A stretch of 51,167 nt of DNA from a virus: the IMG/VR virus record IMGVR_UViG_3300044462_000123; one strand, given 5' to 3'. Positions 1-8,826 of the stretch are shown here, piece by piece (position 1 is the stretch's first letter; the number at the start of each line of letters is the position of its first letter). The notes under the pieces are model-generated. The model worked only from the letters and a program-made list of their open reading frames with translations, was not told the DNA's origin and made no database searches. A program made the translations under genes and the position numbers.

Positions 1-127
1 CAAGGCCTCCGCCACCGGCGCCGCTGGCGCCACCGAAAAGTTCACCGTCGCGATCGAGGGCCACTCGCGGGCGCAGCACGCGCTGCAGCGCGCCCTCGAC
101 GTGTCGGGCAACCTGGCCAAGGGATTC
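1..127. repeat. Terminal direct repeat, copy 1 (identical to 51041-51167); circular-closure overlap
   Basis: Base-by-base reading: 1-127 equals 51041-51167 exactly, and the tape-measure reading frame is continuous across the join. Confidence 0.95.
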
Positions 128-1222
128 CTGACCTCACTGGCCATCGCGCCCGTGCTGGCCCTTGGCTCGGCGCTCTCCACGGCCGCGCTGAAGATGCTCG
201 GCTTCGGCGAGAACACGAAAGCGGCCACGGAGGCGGGCTCGGCCTTTGCCAAGCAGGCCGATGCGATCACGGAGAGCCTCAAGAGGCTCAATACCGAGGC
301 CGCCCTTGCGGGGAAGTATCCCGGCCTGTTCTCCAGCGCGCCGGGCGCCGTTGGGTCGAGCCGGCAGGCCCAGATTCAGGACCTGCTGAGGTCCATGACG
401 TCCGCCGGCGGCGCGTACACCACCCCCGAGCAGCGCGAGGCGATGGGCGCGCTCGGGATCCACGTGCCGAACGTCGGGGATTCGCGCACCCCGGACATGG
501 CGGCGGCCCTCGCCGCACTCGGCCGGGCCGCGCAGGAGCAGCAGGCCTTCTCCGGTTTCAACGCTGCGCTCAACGCGCCCGGTGGAGCCACGGCGCTCCC
601 CGGATTCGCGGGCACGGGCGCGCCGGGGTTTGCCGGTTCTCCATCGCGCGCGGCCGCCCTCGCGCGCGCCAGCGCCTACGCCACCAACATATCGCCTGTC
701 TACGGTGGCGGCTACAGCCCCGGCGGCATGTCGCAGTTCACCGGCTACGGCGACACGATCCCCGGCCTCGTCGGCCTGCAGGGCGCCAACGATCCGCTCG
801 CCGTCTTCCTCGGGCAGAATAGAGCGCCTGGATACGTGCCCGGGGCCGGCGGCTTCAACTCGATCACCGGCCTGCAGGGCCCGGACGCCTCCGAGTTCCT
901 GAAGCAGCAAGAGGCGACGCAGCGCAGCGCCGAGAACATCGGCGACGCCTTCGCCAACTCCAGCCTGCAGGCGCTGGAGGCAGCACAGAGCCTCGGTGAC
1001 GGGCTCGCGATGATCTTCCGCAGCGTCCTGCAGCAGATCCTGGCAGAGACCGCCGGCAAGGCCCTGGCGAGCGCTGGCACGTCGGCTGCCGTCTCCGTGC
1101 TCGGCGGCAGCACGGGCGTCCCAGCCGGCGGCGGCTCCCATGTCGAGGCGTTCTACGGCAGCTTCGGGCGCAGCTCGCGGCAGCTCGCCGACGACCAGCG
1201 CCGCGCGATTCGGAGGAGGTAA
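1..1222 (+). CDS. Tape measure protein, 3' portion (gene starts at GTG 50961 and wraps around; about 433 aa in total)
   Basis: In frame with 50961-51167 through the repeat (codons start at position 2). Lies between the G/GT chaperone and the distal-tail gene. Ala/Gly-rich with a hydrophobic segment (LAIAPVLALGSALSTAAL). Assigned by synteny. Confidence 0.75.
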   Translation, partial: KASATGAAGATEKFTVAIEGHSRAQHALQRALDVSGNLAKGFLTSLAIAPVLALGSALSTAALKMLGFGENTKAATEAGSAFAKQADAITESLKRLNTEAALAGKYPGLFSSAPGAVGSSRQAQIQDLLRSMTSAGGAYTTPEQREAMGALGIHVPNVGDSRTPDMAAALAALGRAAQEQQAFSGFNAALNAPGGATALPGFAGTGAPGFAGSPSRAAALARASAYATNISPVYGGGYSPGGMSQFTGYGDTIPGLVGLQGANDPLAVFLGQNRAPGYVPGAGGFNSITGLQGPDASEFLKQQEATQRSAENIGDAFANSSLQALEAAQSLGDGLAMIFRSVLQQILAETAGKALASAGTSAAVSVLGGSTGVPAGGGSHVEAFYGSFGRSSRQLADDQRRAIRRR

Positions 1223-1224
1223 TC

Positions 1225-2193
1225 GTGGCCAGTGTGGAGCTGCAGTTCCCGCCCGCGATCAGCAACCACAGCGCCGGCGGGCCAGGCTACCGCACCAGCA
1301 TCGTGGAGCTGGACAGCGGCGCCGAGGAACGCGTCGGTTTCTGGTCGGCGCCGCGGTACCACTACAACCTGCAGTACGGCATCCGGAACTTCGCCGACCT
1401 GCGCACCGTGCTGAACTTCTACGTGGCGCGGCGCGGGCCGGCGGTGGCCTTCCGCTACAAGGACTGGCTCGACTACAGCAGCTCGGCCACTGGCAAGCCC
1501 AGCAGCAGCACGCCGGTCAACACGGACCAGCAGATCGGCGTGGGCAACGCCAGTCAGACGGCCTTCCAGCTCGTGAAGAACTACGCCGACGCCGGCGCCA
1601 CGGTGGTGCGCACCGTCACGAAGCCGGTCACGGGGTCCGTCACAATCTCATTCGACGGCGTCGATCAGCCGTCCGGCTGGACGGTCGACACGACCACCGG
1701 CATCGTCACGTTCTCGGTCGCGCCCGGGAACGGTGTCGTCGTCAAGGCCGGCTACCTCTTCGACGTGCCGGTGCGCTTCGGCGGCGAGATCGACGCAGGG
1801 CTTCTGCTGGCGCTCGACACGTTCGACGCCGGGTCGCTGCCGTCCATCCCGCTCGTAGAGGTCATCGGCGAGACGCCGAGTGCGGAGGACAAGCCGCCGG
1901 GCGGCTCAGCGGCCGTGTCGCTCGCGGCCAGCGCCAGCTTCACGCGCGCGACCGGCGAGCTGCTGGTGGTGACGCCAACGACGGGCGGCTTCAACTACAC
2001 GCAGAGCGAGCCCGAGACGGGGCTGGGCCTCGGCGGCCCTTACCATCGCATCGTCAACGCCAGCGGCTCCTTCTCCTTCACGCTCAAGGGCCAGCTAGGT
2101 GGCACCATCGTCTCGGTCGCCGCTGGCGCGACCTACGAGATGTGGATCAAGGACGGCGGCGCCGGCACCAAGCAGTGGGCGGCCTTCCCATGA
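1225..2193 (+). CDS. Distal tail protein, RcGTA g12-like (DUF2460 / TIGR02217-type)
   Basis: N-terminus ELQFPPAISNHSAGGPGYRTSIVELDSGAEERV...WSAPRYHYNL matches the remembered DUF2460 signature. Sits directly after the tape measure. Confidence 0.85.
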   Translation: MASVELQFPPAISNHSAGGPGYRTSIVELDSGAEERVGFWSAPRYHYNLQYGIRNFADLRTVLNFYVARRGPAVAFRYKDWLDYSSSATGKPSSSTPVNTDQQIGVGNASQTAFQLVKNYADAGATVVRTVTKPVTGSVTISFDGVDQPSGWTVDTTTGIVTFSVAPGNGVVVKAGYLFDVPVRFGGEIDAGLLLALDTFDAGSLPSIPLVEVIGETPSAEDKPPGGSAAVSLAASASFTRATGELLVVTPTTGGFNYTQSEPETGLGLGGPYHRIVNASGSFSFTLKGQLGGTIVSVAAGATYEMWIKDGGAGTKQWAAFP

Positions 2194-2528
2194 TCGACGA
2201 GGCTACGTACTACGGGGGCTCTCTCAAGAAGACGCTGGCCGCCGAGTACCACATTAGCCCGCGCAGGGAGCGCTTCGGGCACTTCGACGCGACGGGCTCC
2301 AACTTCGCCGTGCGCCTGCCTGACGCGACGCAGTTGCGCACGGGGCTCGACACGATGCTGGTGGCGGCCTTCACCAACACGCTCACGGTCAAGGACAAGA
2401 CCGGCGCCACGCTGACGACCATTGGGGTCGATCGAGTGAAGCGCTTCCACCTGCTCGACAACTCCACAGCCGCCGGCGTCTGGCACTTCAGCGCGGGCTT
2501 GGCCGTGAGCCTCGGGACAGCCGTCTAG
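2190..2528 (+). CDS. Hypothetical protein (112 aa) between the g12-like and g13-like genes
   Basis: ATGA overlap with the upstream stop and TAGTG overlap with the downstream start. High GC3. Confidence 0.6.
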   Translation: MIDEATYYGGSLKKTLAAEYHISPRRERFGHFDATGSNFAVRLPDATQLRTGLDTMLVAAFTNTLTVKDKTGATLTTIGVDRVKRFHLLDNSTAAGVWHFSAGLAVSLGTAV

Positions 2529-3427
2529 TGCCAGCCACCATCGCCCCGCCGTGCGCCGCCCTGCTGGAGCAGAAGACCCTGCGCTTCGCGTATCTGTGGG
2601 CGATCCTGCGCGCGGATGGCGTGCTGCTCTTCTTCACGGACCACAACGCCCCGCTCGTGTTCGGCGGGTTCACGTTCTACCCGGGCGGCTTCGACGCCTC
2701 GGCGCGGCGCGCGGACGGCGGGCTGGAGACGCACAGCCTGTCGCTCGAGGGCATGATCCAGTCGGGCGACATCGCGGTCGCCGACCTGCGCTCAGGGCGT
2801 TACGACGAGGCGCAGATCTTCGAGTACCTCGTCGACTGGCGCTACCCGTGGGCTGGCGCGATTCGCACCAGGACGTGGTGGATCGACTCGGTGTCCTTCG
2901 ACGGCCAGCGCTGGTCGGCCGAGACGTCGGGGCTCGTGCGCTTCCCGCAGGTGCCGACCGGCAAGCTGCTGGCGCGCACCTGCTACTGGAAGCTCTACGA
3001 GAACTTCGGCGTGTCCGGCAAGGCCGGCTGCAAGCTGGACCCGGCCGCGTTCACCTTCACGCCGATCGCGGTGGCTGTGGTCACCGACCCGCGACGCATC
3101 TTCACCTGCGACACCGGCATCACGGGCTCGCTGGGCGCCGACTACTTCGCCGATGGCCGCGTGACCTGGCTGACCGGGCCCAACGCGGGCGTTGTCTCCG
3201 AAGTCGCCACGCACAACGACCACGCGGGCGGGCTCTACACCGTCGAGCTGTACGTGGAGACGGACTTCGACATCGCGGTCGGGAACACGTTCACGATCAC
3301 GGCCGGCTGCGACAAGCTTTTCTCGACCTGCAAGGCGAAGTTCAACAACGTGGTGAACTTCGGCGGCGCGCCCAAGAAGCCACGCGCGGGCGACCTACTC
3401 AAGATCGCGAAGACGCCACAGTCGTGA
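2528..3427 (+). CDS. Tail hub protein, RcGTA g13-like (DUF2163 plus phage BR0599-type C-terminus)
   Basis: LRFAYLWAILRADGVLLFFTDHNAPLVFGG..FYPGGFDASA and the C-terminal CDKLFSTCKAKFNNVVNFGG motif. Synteny with the g12/g14/g15-like genes. Confidence 0.85.
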   Translation: MPATIAPPCAALLEQKTLRFAYLWAILRADGVLLFFTDHNAPLVFGGFTFYPGGFDASARRADGGLETHSLSLEGMIQSGDIAVADLRSGRYDEAQIFEYLVDWRYPWAGAIRTRTWWIDSVSFDGQRWSAETSGLVRFPQVPTGKLLARTCYWKLYENFGVSGKAGCKLDPAAFTFTPIAVAVVTDPRRIFTCDTGITGSLGADYFADGRVTWLTGPNAGVVSEVATHNDHAGGLYTVELYVETDFDIAVGNTFTITAGCDKLFSTCKAKFNNVVNFGGAPKKPRAGDLLKIAKTPQS

Positions 3428-3855
3428 CGGAGACGATGCATACCCGCCAGGACGTGGTCGACCTGACCCGGAGCTGGATCGGCACGCCGTGGGTCCATCA
3501 GGGGCGCCGCGCCGGCGTCGGCCTCGACTGTGTCGGCCTCATCACCAGCGCGCTGGCCGTGCTGGGCGAGCCGACGAGCGACTACACGTGGTACCGGCGC
3601 GCGCCCGAGGGCGACAACCTGCTGCGCGAGATCCGCGCGCGCTTCGTCGAGCTGCCGGCGCCTGAGCCCGGGTCGCTGCTCGTGTTCTTCATCCGCAGCC
3701 GGCGCGTGGCCCAGCACATCGGGCTCCTGACCTACGACGGCACCATCGTGCACGCCAACGCCGCCGCCGGGCGCGTGTGCGAGCAGCCCTACGACGCCGA
3801 GTGGCAGCGCCGCACGCTCGCGGCCTTCGACCTCACGCGGAGGGCCACCGCGTGA
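3424..3855 (+). CDS. NlpC/P60-family cell-wall peptidase, RcGTA g14-like (tail-associated)
   Basis: WIGTPWVHQGR..GLDCVGL (Cys) ... AQHIGLL (His) ... IVHANA. GTGA overlaps at both ends. An alternative start is ATG 3436. Confidence 0.85.
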   Translation: MTETMHTRQDVVDLTRSWIGTPWVHQGRRAGVGLDCVGLITSALAVLGEPTSDYTWYRRAPEGDNLLREIRARFVELPAPEPGSLLVFFIRSRRVAQHIGLLTYDGTIVHANAAAGRVCEQPYDAEWQRRTLAAFDLTRRATA

Positions 3856-6494
3856 ACTACGTCGGCGATACCTTCCGGTTCGGCGGGACGCTCTTCAGCT
3901 ACATCCCTGGCGTCGGCGGCCCGTTCGAGAAGCTGTTCGACGCCGCCGGGCAATACTTCGATCCGCAGTCGCGCATCTCGGCGCGCCCGATCAAGGAGTT
4001 CGGCGTCAACTCAGGCGAGCCGTTCTCGCCGCTGGACCTCCCTTTCGGCCCGTCGGCTCCCGTCGACGGCGTCGTCGCGTACATCGGGCCGATCACGAAG
4101 AAGAAGGTCAGCACCACGAGCGGTAAGGGCGGCGGCTCGCAGACCGTCGACAGCTACCAGTACTTCGCGGACGTGGCGATCGACTTCTGCGAGGCGCCCG
4201 ACGGCGGCATCGTCGAGTACACGTCGCTGTGGGCTGACGGGCAGTTCGTCTACGGCCAGAACCCGGACCAGAACGAGACGAGCGACGAGCTGGCGCTCGA
4301 GGTCGTGACCCTGAAGGGCAAGACCTTCGTCGACATCAGCAGCCCGCTCGGCGGCCCGAACCTGAAGAAGTTCAAGCCCTCGGGCGACTCGGTCGTCATG
4401 ACGGGCTGGGCGACGGGCGGCAACAACATCACGGCCGACCCCGTGTCGTCCAAGAAGAAGAAGAGCGACGGCACCAGCATCCTGCGCCTGCTGGTCGCCC
4501 CCGCCGATGCCGCGGGCGTCGCCGACGAGGCCGCCGGCTCGACCGTGACGCTCTTCCAGGCGAACCAGAAGAGCAACCTGAACGACCTGGCCGACGTCGA
4601 GCTGTACCTCGGGACCGACAGCCAGATCGCCTCGCCGGCCATCGAGGCCAACGAGGGCACCGGCAACGTCGAGGCCGCGCGCGGCCGGTGCCGCGTGGTC
4701 ATCAACAAGCTCTACCTCAACAAGTGGGGCAACCGCGTCCCGATGTCATGGCGCGCCGTCGTCCAGGCCCACGCCTCGCTGACGCTCGCTCAGGCCATCT
4801 CGGGGCTGCTGCTGCGCGGCGGGCTGACGGCCGGGCAGTTCGACGTCACCGGGCTCACGGGCGACGTGCAGGGCTTCGTCCTGCGTGCAGGCGACGCCCC
4901 GGCCAGCATGGTCGTGGCCCTCATGATGGCCTACGACCTCATGGCGCGCGAGGTGTCCGGGCAGCTCGTGTTCTTCCATCGCGAAGATGCCCCGCACGTC
5001 ACCGTCGGGGCCGAGGACCTCGGGGCCCACGCGGCCGACGAGAGCCCGCGGCGCGAGATCGACCTCGAGCGCTCCCCTGCGCTGGACCTGCCCAGCGACG
5101 TCCGCGTGTCCTTCCTCGACCCGACCAAGGACCTGCAGCAGTCCGACGCGCGCCAGCAGATCGCCAACGCCACGACCCAGGCCAGCGTCTCGGTCAACCT
5201 TCCGATCGTGCTGGACCCCGAGGACGCGCGAGCCATCGCCAAGCGGCTGGCCTGGATGCCGCGAGCCACACGGCACGAAGCCACGTTCAACTGCCCGCCG
5301 TCGCGACAGGATATCGTCGAGGGCGACGTTCTCGACGTCACGGCCCACGGCGAGGCCTGGCACCTCGTGGCCCAGCGGGTCGAGGCAGGCAAGAGCGGCA
5401 TCGTGGCCGTGCGGGCCCAGTCCGACAACACGGGCGTGGTCTCCGTCGCGCCCATCGCCGGCAGCGACGACGACAGCGACTCGCTGCAGGTGCCGCCACC
5501 GATTGCGCTGGACGTCATGGACATCCCGGCCATCACGCCCGAGCACGTGCTCCTGCCGGGCCGGTACTTCGCGCTGGCGCTGTACGACACCGAGCAGCCG
5601 TGGCCCGGCGGCGTGGTCTACGAGAGCACAGACGATGGCGACAGCTTCCTGCCGATCGCGCTGGCGCAGACCGAAGCCATCGCGGGCTACGTCTCGGCCG
5701 TAGCGGTGTCGGGCTCCAGCGGTGGCGGTCTGGTGTGGGACCTGCGCTCCAGCTTCACCGTCACGATCTGGAACGGCGAGCTGGAGTCGATCTCCGAGGC
5801 CGACGCGCTTGCGCTGCACAACCTCGCGGCGCTGCGCACGCCGGGCGGCGAGTGGGAGCTGATCATCTTCCGCAACGCCACGCTCATCGGCACCACGAAC
5901 CTCGGGCACAAGGAATATCAGGTTGACACGATCCTGCGCGGCGTGCGCGGGACCGAGTACCTCATCACGACGATCACCGCCGGGTCGGCCTTCGTCCTGC
6001 TGGAGCCATCGCAGTTCTCGCAGGGGTTCATCGCGGACCTCGGCACCGAGCGGCTGTACAAGGCCGTCCCAAACGGCGGCGCCTCCTCCGACTTCAGCGA
6101 CACCGAGGAGCTGACGGTGGCGCTGCACACGCTCACGCCGTGGGCACCGACCCTCATCAGTATCACCCCGGACGTCATCTTCCCACTCCTCGACGGATCG
6201 CGTGACGAGACTTTCGTCTGGCATCGCCGGACGCGCGCGTTCACGGACCCACTCGAGCCGGACCAAGTGACCCTCGCCGAAGAGGTCAACGAGTTCTACG
6301 TCGACATCTACGTGTCCGGCGGGTTCGTGCGCACCGAAATGGTCCCCGGCGGCGACGACGGCGAGACGACGTGGACCTATACGGCCGCGGACCAGATCAC
6401 CGACGGGGCGAACCCCACGGATATCGGGACCGTCATCATCTACCAGCGCAGCACCTCGGTCGGGCGGGGCTCACCGCTCGGCCCGCTCGGCTGA
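3852..6494 (+). CDS. Host-specificity / central tail-tip protein, RcGTA g15-like (gpJ-like)
   Basis: 880 aa in the g15 position. Contains SYQYFADVAIDFCEAP..GIVEYTSLWADGQ, as in phage tail protein (Phage-tail_3-type) families. Confidence 0.8.
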   Translation: MNYVGDTFRFGGTLFSYIPGVGGPFEKLFDAAGQYFDPQSRISARPIKEFGVNSGEPFSPLDLPFGPSAPVDGVVAYIGPITKKKVSTTSGKGGGSQTVDSYQYFADVAIDFCEAPDGGIVEYTSLWADGQFVYGQNPDQNETSDELALEVVTLKGKTFVDISSPLGGPNLKKFKPSGDSVVMTGWATGGNNITADPVSSKKKKSDGTSILRLLVAPADAAGVADEAAGSTVTLFQANQKSNLNDLADVELYLGTDSQIASPAIEANEGTGNVEAARGRCRVVINKLYLNKWGNRVPMSWRAVVQAHASLTLAQAISGLLLRGGLTAGQFDVTGLTGDVQGFVLRAGDAPASMVVALMMAYDLMAREVSGQLVFFHREDAPHVTVGAEDLGAHAADESPRREIDLERSPALDLPSDVRVSFLDPTKDLQQSDARQQIANATTQASVSVNLPIVLDPEDARAIAKRLAWMPRATRHEATFNCPPSRQDIVEGDVLDVTAHGEAWHLVAQRVEAGKSGIVAVRAQSDNTGVVSVAPIAGSDDDSDSLQVPPPIALDVMDIPAITPEHVLLPGRYFALALYDTEQPWPGGVVYESTDDGDSFLPIALAQTEAIAGYVSAVAVSGSSGGGLVWDLRSSFTVTIWNGELESISEADALALHNLAALRTPGGEWELIIFRNATLIGTTNLGHKEYQVDTILRGVRGTEYLITTITAGSAFVLLEPSQFSQGFIADLGTERLYKAVPNGGASSDFSDTEELTVALHTLTPWAPTLISITPDVIFPLLDGSRDETFVWHRRTRAFTDPLEPDQVTLAEEVNEFYVDIYVSGGFVRTEMVPGGDDGETTWTYTAADQITDGANPTDIGTVIIYQRSTSVGRGSPLGPLG

Positions 6495-6506
6495 CACGGA
6501 GGCCTC

Positions 6507-8528
6507 ATGACCGAGACAATCAATATCCAGGTGCCCCTGATCCCCGAAGGCGCGGTGAAGGGCCACGTCACGCACAACACCGGCATGACGCTGATCGATT
6601 GGGCGCTGCTGGGCAGCCTGAACACGATCACGACCACGAACACGCCGCTCGGCTCGCCCGTCGACGGCGACGCACGCATCATCGGCGGCGCGCCGACGGG
6701 CGCGTGGGCCGGGCATGCCAGTGAGATCGCGGTCTATCTCAACGGCTGGCACTTCATCGTGCCGATCGAAGGCCTGCAGCTCTGGGCCGAGGACACCAAT
6801 AAGCAATACGTCTACGACGGGTCGGCGTACCAGCAGGTGTACCCAAGCGGCGGCGGCGGGTCGACGCCGACGGGGACTGGCTTCCGGCACGTCACGGGCG
6901 GCGTCGAGGACGCGGCGGCCAAGCTGGTCGACACGGCGGACATCAACAATGCGCAGGTCACGCTCGCGAAGATGGCGGACCTGGCGCAGGACCTCTTCAT
7001 CGGCCGCACGACGGCGAGCACTGGCGTCCCACAGACGGCGACGATCACAGCGGCGGCGCGCACCGTACTCGACGACACGACCGTTGCCGCGATGGTCGAC
7101 ACGCTGGGCGGCGCGTCATCGACGGGCTCCGGTGGCCTTGCACGCGAGACGAGCCCGGCGTTCGTCACGCCGGCGCTCGGAACGCCGGCATCCGGCAATG
7201 ACCGCAACCTCGCGAGCCACGGCGCCGACGTGGCCTCCTCCGGGACGATCGACCTGGACGCCGCGACTGGCGTGGTGGTGGATGTTACCGGCACGACGAA
7301 CATCACCGCGATCACACTGGCCGACGGCAAACGGCGCATCTGCAGGTTCACCGGAGCTCTGACGCTCACCAACGGCGCCTCGCTGGTGCTGCCTGGCGGC
7401 GCCAACCTGACGACGGTGGCCGGCGACTACGCCATCTTCGCCGGGTACGCCGCGGGCGTCGTCCGTTGCGTCGCCTTCGCCCCGGGCAAGCTGCCGATCG
7501 CTCTCGGCGGCACGGGCGCCGTGACGGCTGGCGCAGCGGCGACCGCGCTGGGTGTCGGCACTGGCGACTCGCCGCAGTTCACCGCCGTCAACGTCGGCCA
7601 TGCCACCGACACGACGGTCGACCGCGCCAGCGCCGGCGACATCCAGGTCGAGGGCAACCGCATCTTCCGCGTCGGCGGAACCGACGTGCCGGTGGCAGAC
7701 GGCGGCACGGGGCAGAGCTCCATCATCGACGCGATGGATGCGTTCCACACGAAGAGCAGCGACATCGCCTCGGCCGCCACCACGGACCTGTCGACCGCGA
7801 CGGGCCTCTACGTTGACGTCACCGGGACCACGGACATCACGGCGCTGGGCACCGAGGCTGCCGGCGTGATCCGGCGCTGCCGCTTCACGGGCGCGGGGCT
7901 GACGGTCACCCACAACGCGACGTCGCTCATCATGCCGGGCGAGGCCAACTTCCGGACAAGCCCGAACGACATCTTGGAGTTCGTCAGCCTCGGCAGCGGC
8001 AACTGGCAGTGCGCGAACATCCCGCCGCCGCTCGAGCACACCTCGCGCCTGAACGCCGACTACACGCTGACCAGCACGATATCTGCACAGGTGCTCCTCG
8101 TGGCTGGTCAAAATACCTTCACGCTGCCGCTCGGCGTCTACGAAGTGAACCTGTTCATCTGCATCGACACCATGTCGGGCACCTCCGGCAATGCGTCCTT
8201 CAGCCTGCTCGGGGCGGGCAGCGCGACGGTATCTAATCCGCTGTGGCTCAACTTCGGCAACGATCTCGCCGGGAGCGCTGGTGGTGGCGCGGCGGGGGGC
8301 TGCTGGCAAGCCAACGTCGCCAACGGCGGCGCCAATGCCATTACCGCTGCCACGAATACGGGCATGTCCATGCTTGGGAGTGGCACCATCGACGTAACAG
8401 GAGCCGGCACCTTGATTCCCAGCATTACGCTCGTCACGGCTGCCGCTGCAGTCGTGCGCCGTGGATCGTTCATTCGCTTCCGGCTCATCGGCCCGAGCGC
8501 GATGACCAAGCGCGGCAAGGTGAGCTGA
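6507..8528 (+). CDS. Tail fibre protein with DUF2793-like N-terminal domain
   Basis: N-terminus GHVTHNTGMTLIDWALLGS...AWAGHASEIAVYLNGWHFIVPIEGLQLWAEDTNKQYVYDGSAY resembles DUF2793. Gly/Thr/Ala-rich fibre-like body with an internal duplication. Confidence 0.75.
   Translation: MTETINIQVPLIPEGAVKGHVTHNTGMTLIDWALLGSLNTITTTNTPLGSPVDGDARIIGGAPTGAWAGHASEIAVYLNGWHFIVPIEGLQLWAEDTNKQYVYDGSAYQQVYPSGGGGSTPTGTGFRHVTGGVEDAAAKLVDTADINNAQVTLAKMADLAQDLFIGRTTASTGVPQTATITAAARTVLDDTTVAAMVDTLGGASSTGSGGLARETSPAFVTPALGTPASGNDRNLASHGADVASSGTIDLDAATGVVVDVTGTTNITAITLADGKRRICRFTGALTLTNGASLVLPGGANLTTVAGDYAIFAGYAAGVVRCVAFAPGKLPIALGGTGAVTAGAAATALGVGTGDSPQFTAVNVGHATDTTVDRASAGDIQVEGNRIFRVGGTDVPVADGGTGQSSIIDAMDAFHTKSSDIASAATTDLSTATGLYVDVTGTTDITALGTEAAGVIRRCRFTGAGLTVTHNATSLIMPGEANFRTSPNDILEFVSLGSGNWQCANIPPPLEHTSRLNADYTLTSTISAQVLLVAGQNTFTLPLGVYEVNLFICIDTMSGTSGNASFSLLGAGSATVSNPLWLNFGNDLAGSAGGGAAGGCWQANVANGGANAITAATNTGMSMLGSGTIDVTGAGTLIPSITLVTAAAAVVRRGSFIRFRLIGPSAMTKRGKVS
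7227..7478 (+). repeat. Tail-fibre internal protein repeat, copy A (aa ~241-324)
   Basis: DVASSGTIDLDAATGVVVDVTGTTNITAI...RRICRFTGALTLTNGASLVLPGGAN aligns with copy B. Confidence 0.8.
7758..8021 (+). repeat. Tail-fibre internal protein repeat, copy B (aa ~418-505)
   Basis: DIASAATTDLSTATGLYVDVTGTTDITAL...IRRCRFTGAGLTVTHNATSLIMPGEAN. Confidence 0.8.
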
Positions 8529-8532
8529 GCGC

Positions 8533-8826
8533 GTGCCGCGGAAGCCCGCCACCGCCAAGGCCTTCAACGCGCGCGCGTTCGTGGCGTCTGCGCCGCAGAG
8601 CCACGCCGGCCGCGGCGGATGCGGGACCTGTCGCAAGACCGCCGTGGTCAAGGCGGTCCGCGAGATCCTGGAGGCGATGGCCGACTCCGGCAAGTACATC
8701 TCGGTGCGGCAGATCCTGGACGCCATGCGCGCGCAGTTCGGGTACGACCTGAAGCACGAGGCGCTGCGGAGCCACATCCAGCGCTGCGAGCAGGGGCTGT
8801 ATGAAAAAGCGTACGGCCCGCACTGA
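8533..8826 (+). CDS. Hypothetical protein (97 aa)
   Basis: GTG start 4 nt after the fibre stop. High GC3. N-terminal KAFNARAFVA motif shared with the next gene. Confidence 0.55.
   Translation: MPRKPATAKAFNARAFVASAPQSHAGRGGCGTCRKTAVVKAVREILEAMADSGKYISVRQILDAMRAQFGYDLKHEALRSHIQRCEQGLYEKAYGPH

Noticed and set aside
2551-3855. 434-aa ORF overlapping the g13-like gene
   Set aside because: Only its last 143 codons (from GTG 3424) encode the NlpC/P60 peptidase. The upstream part is the off-frame shadow of the g13-like gene. The same logic applies to 1140-2528, where only 2190-2528 is kept.
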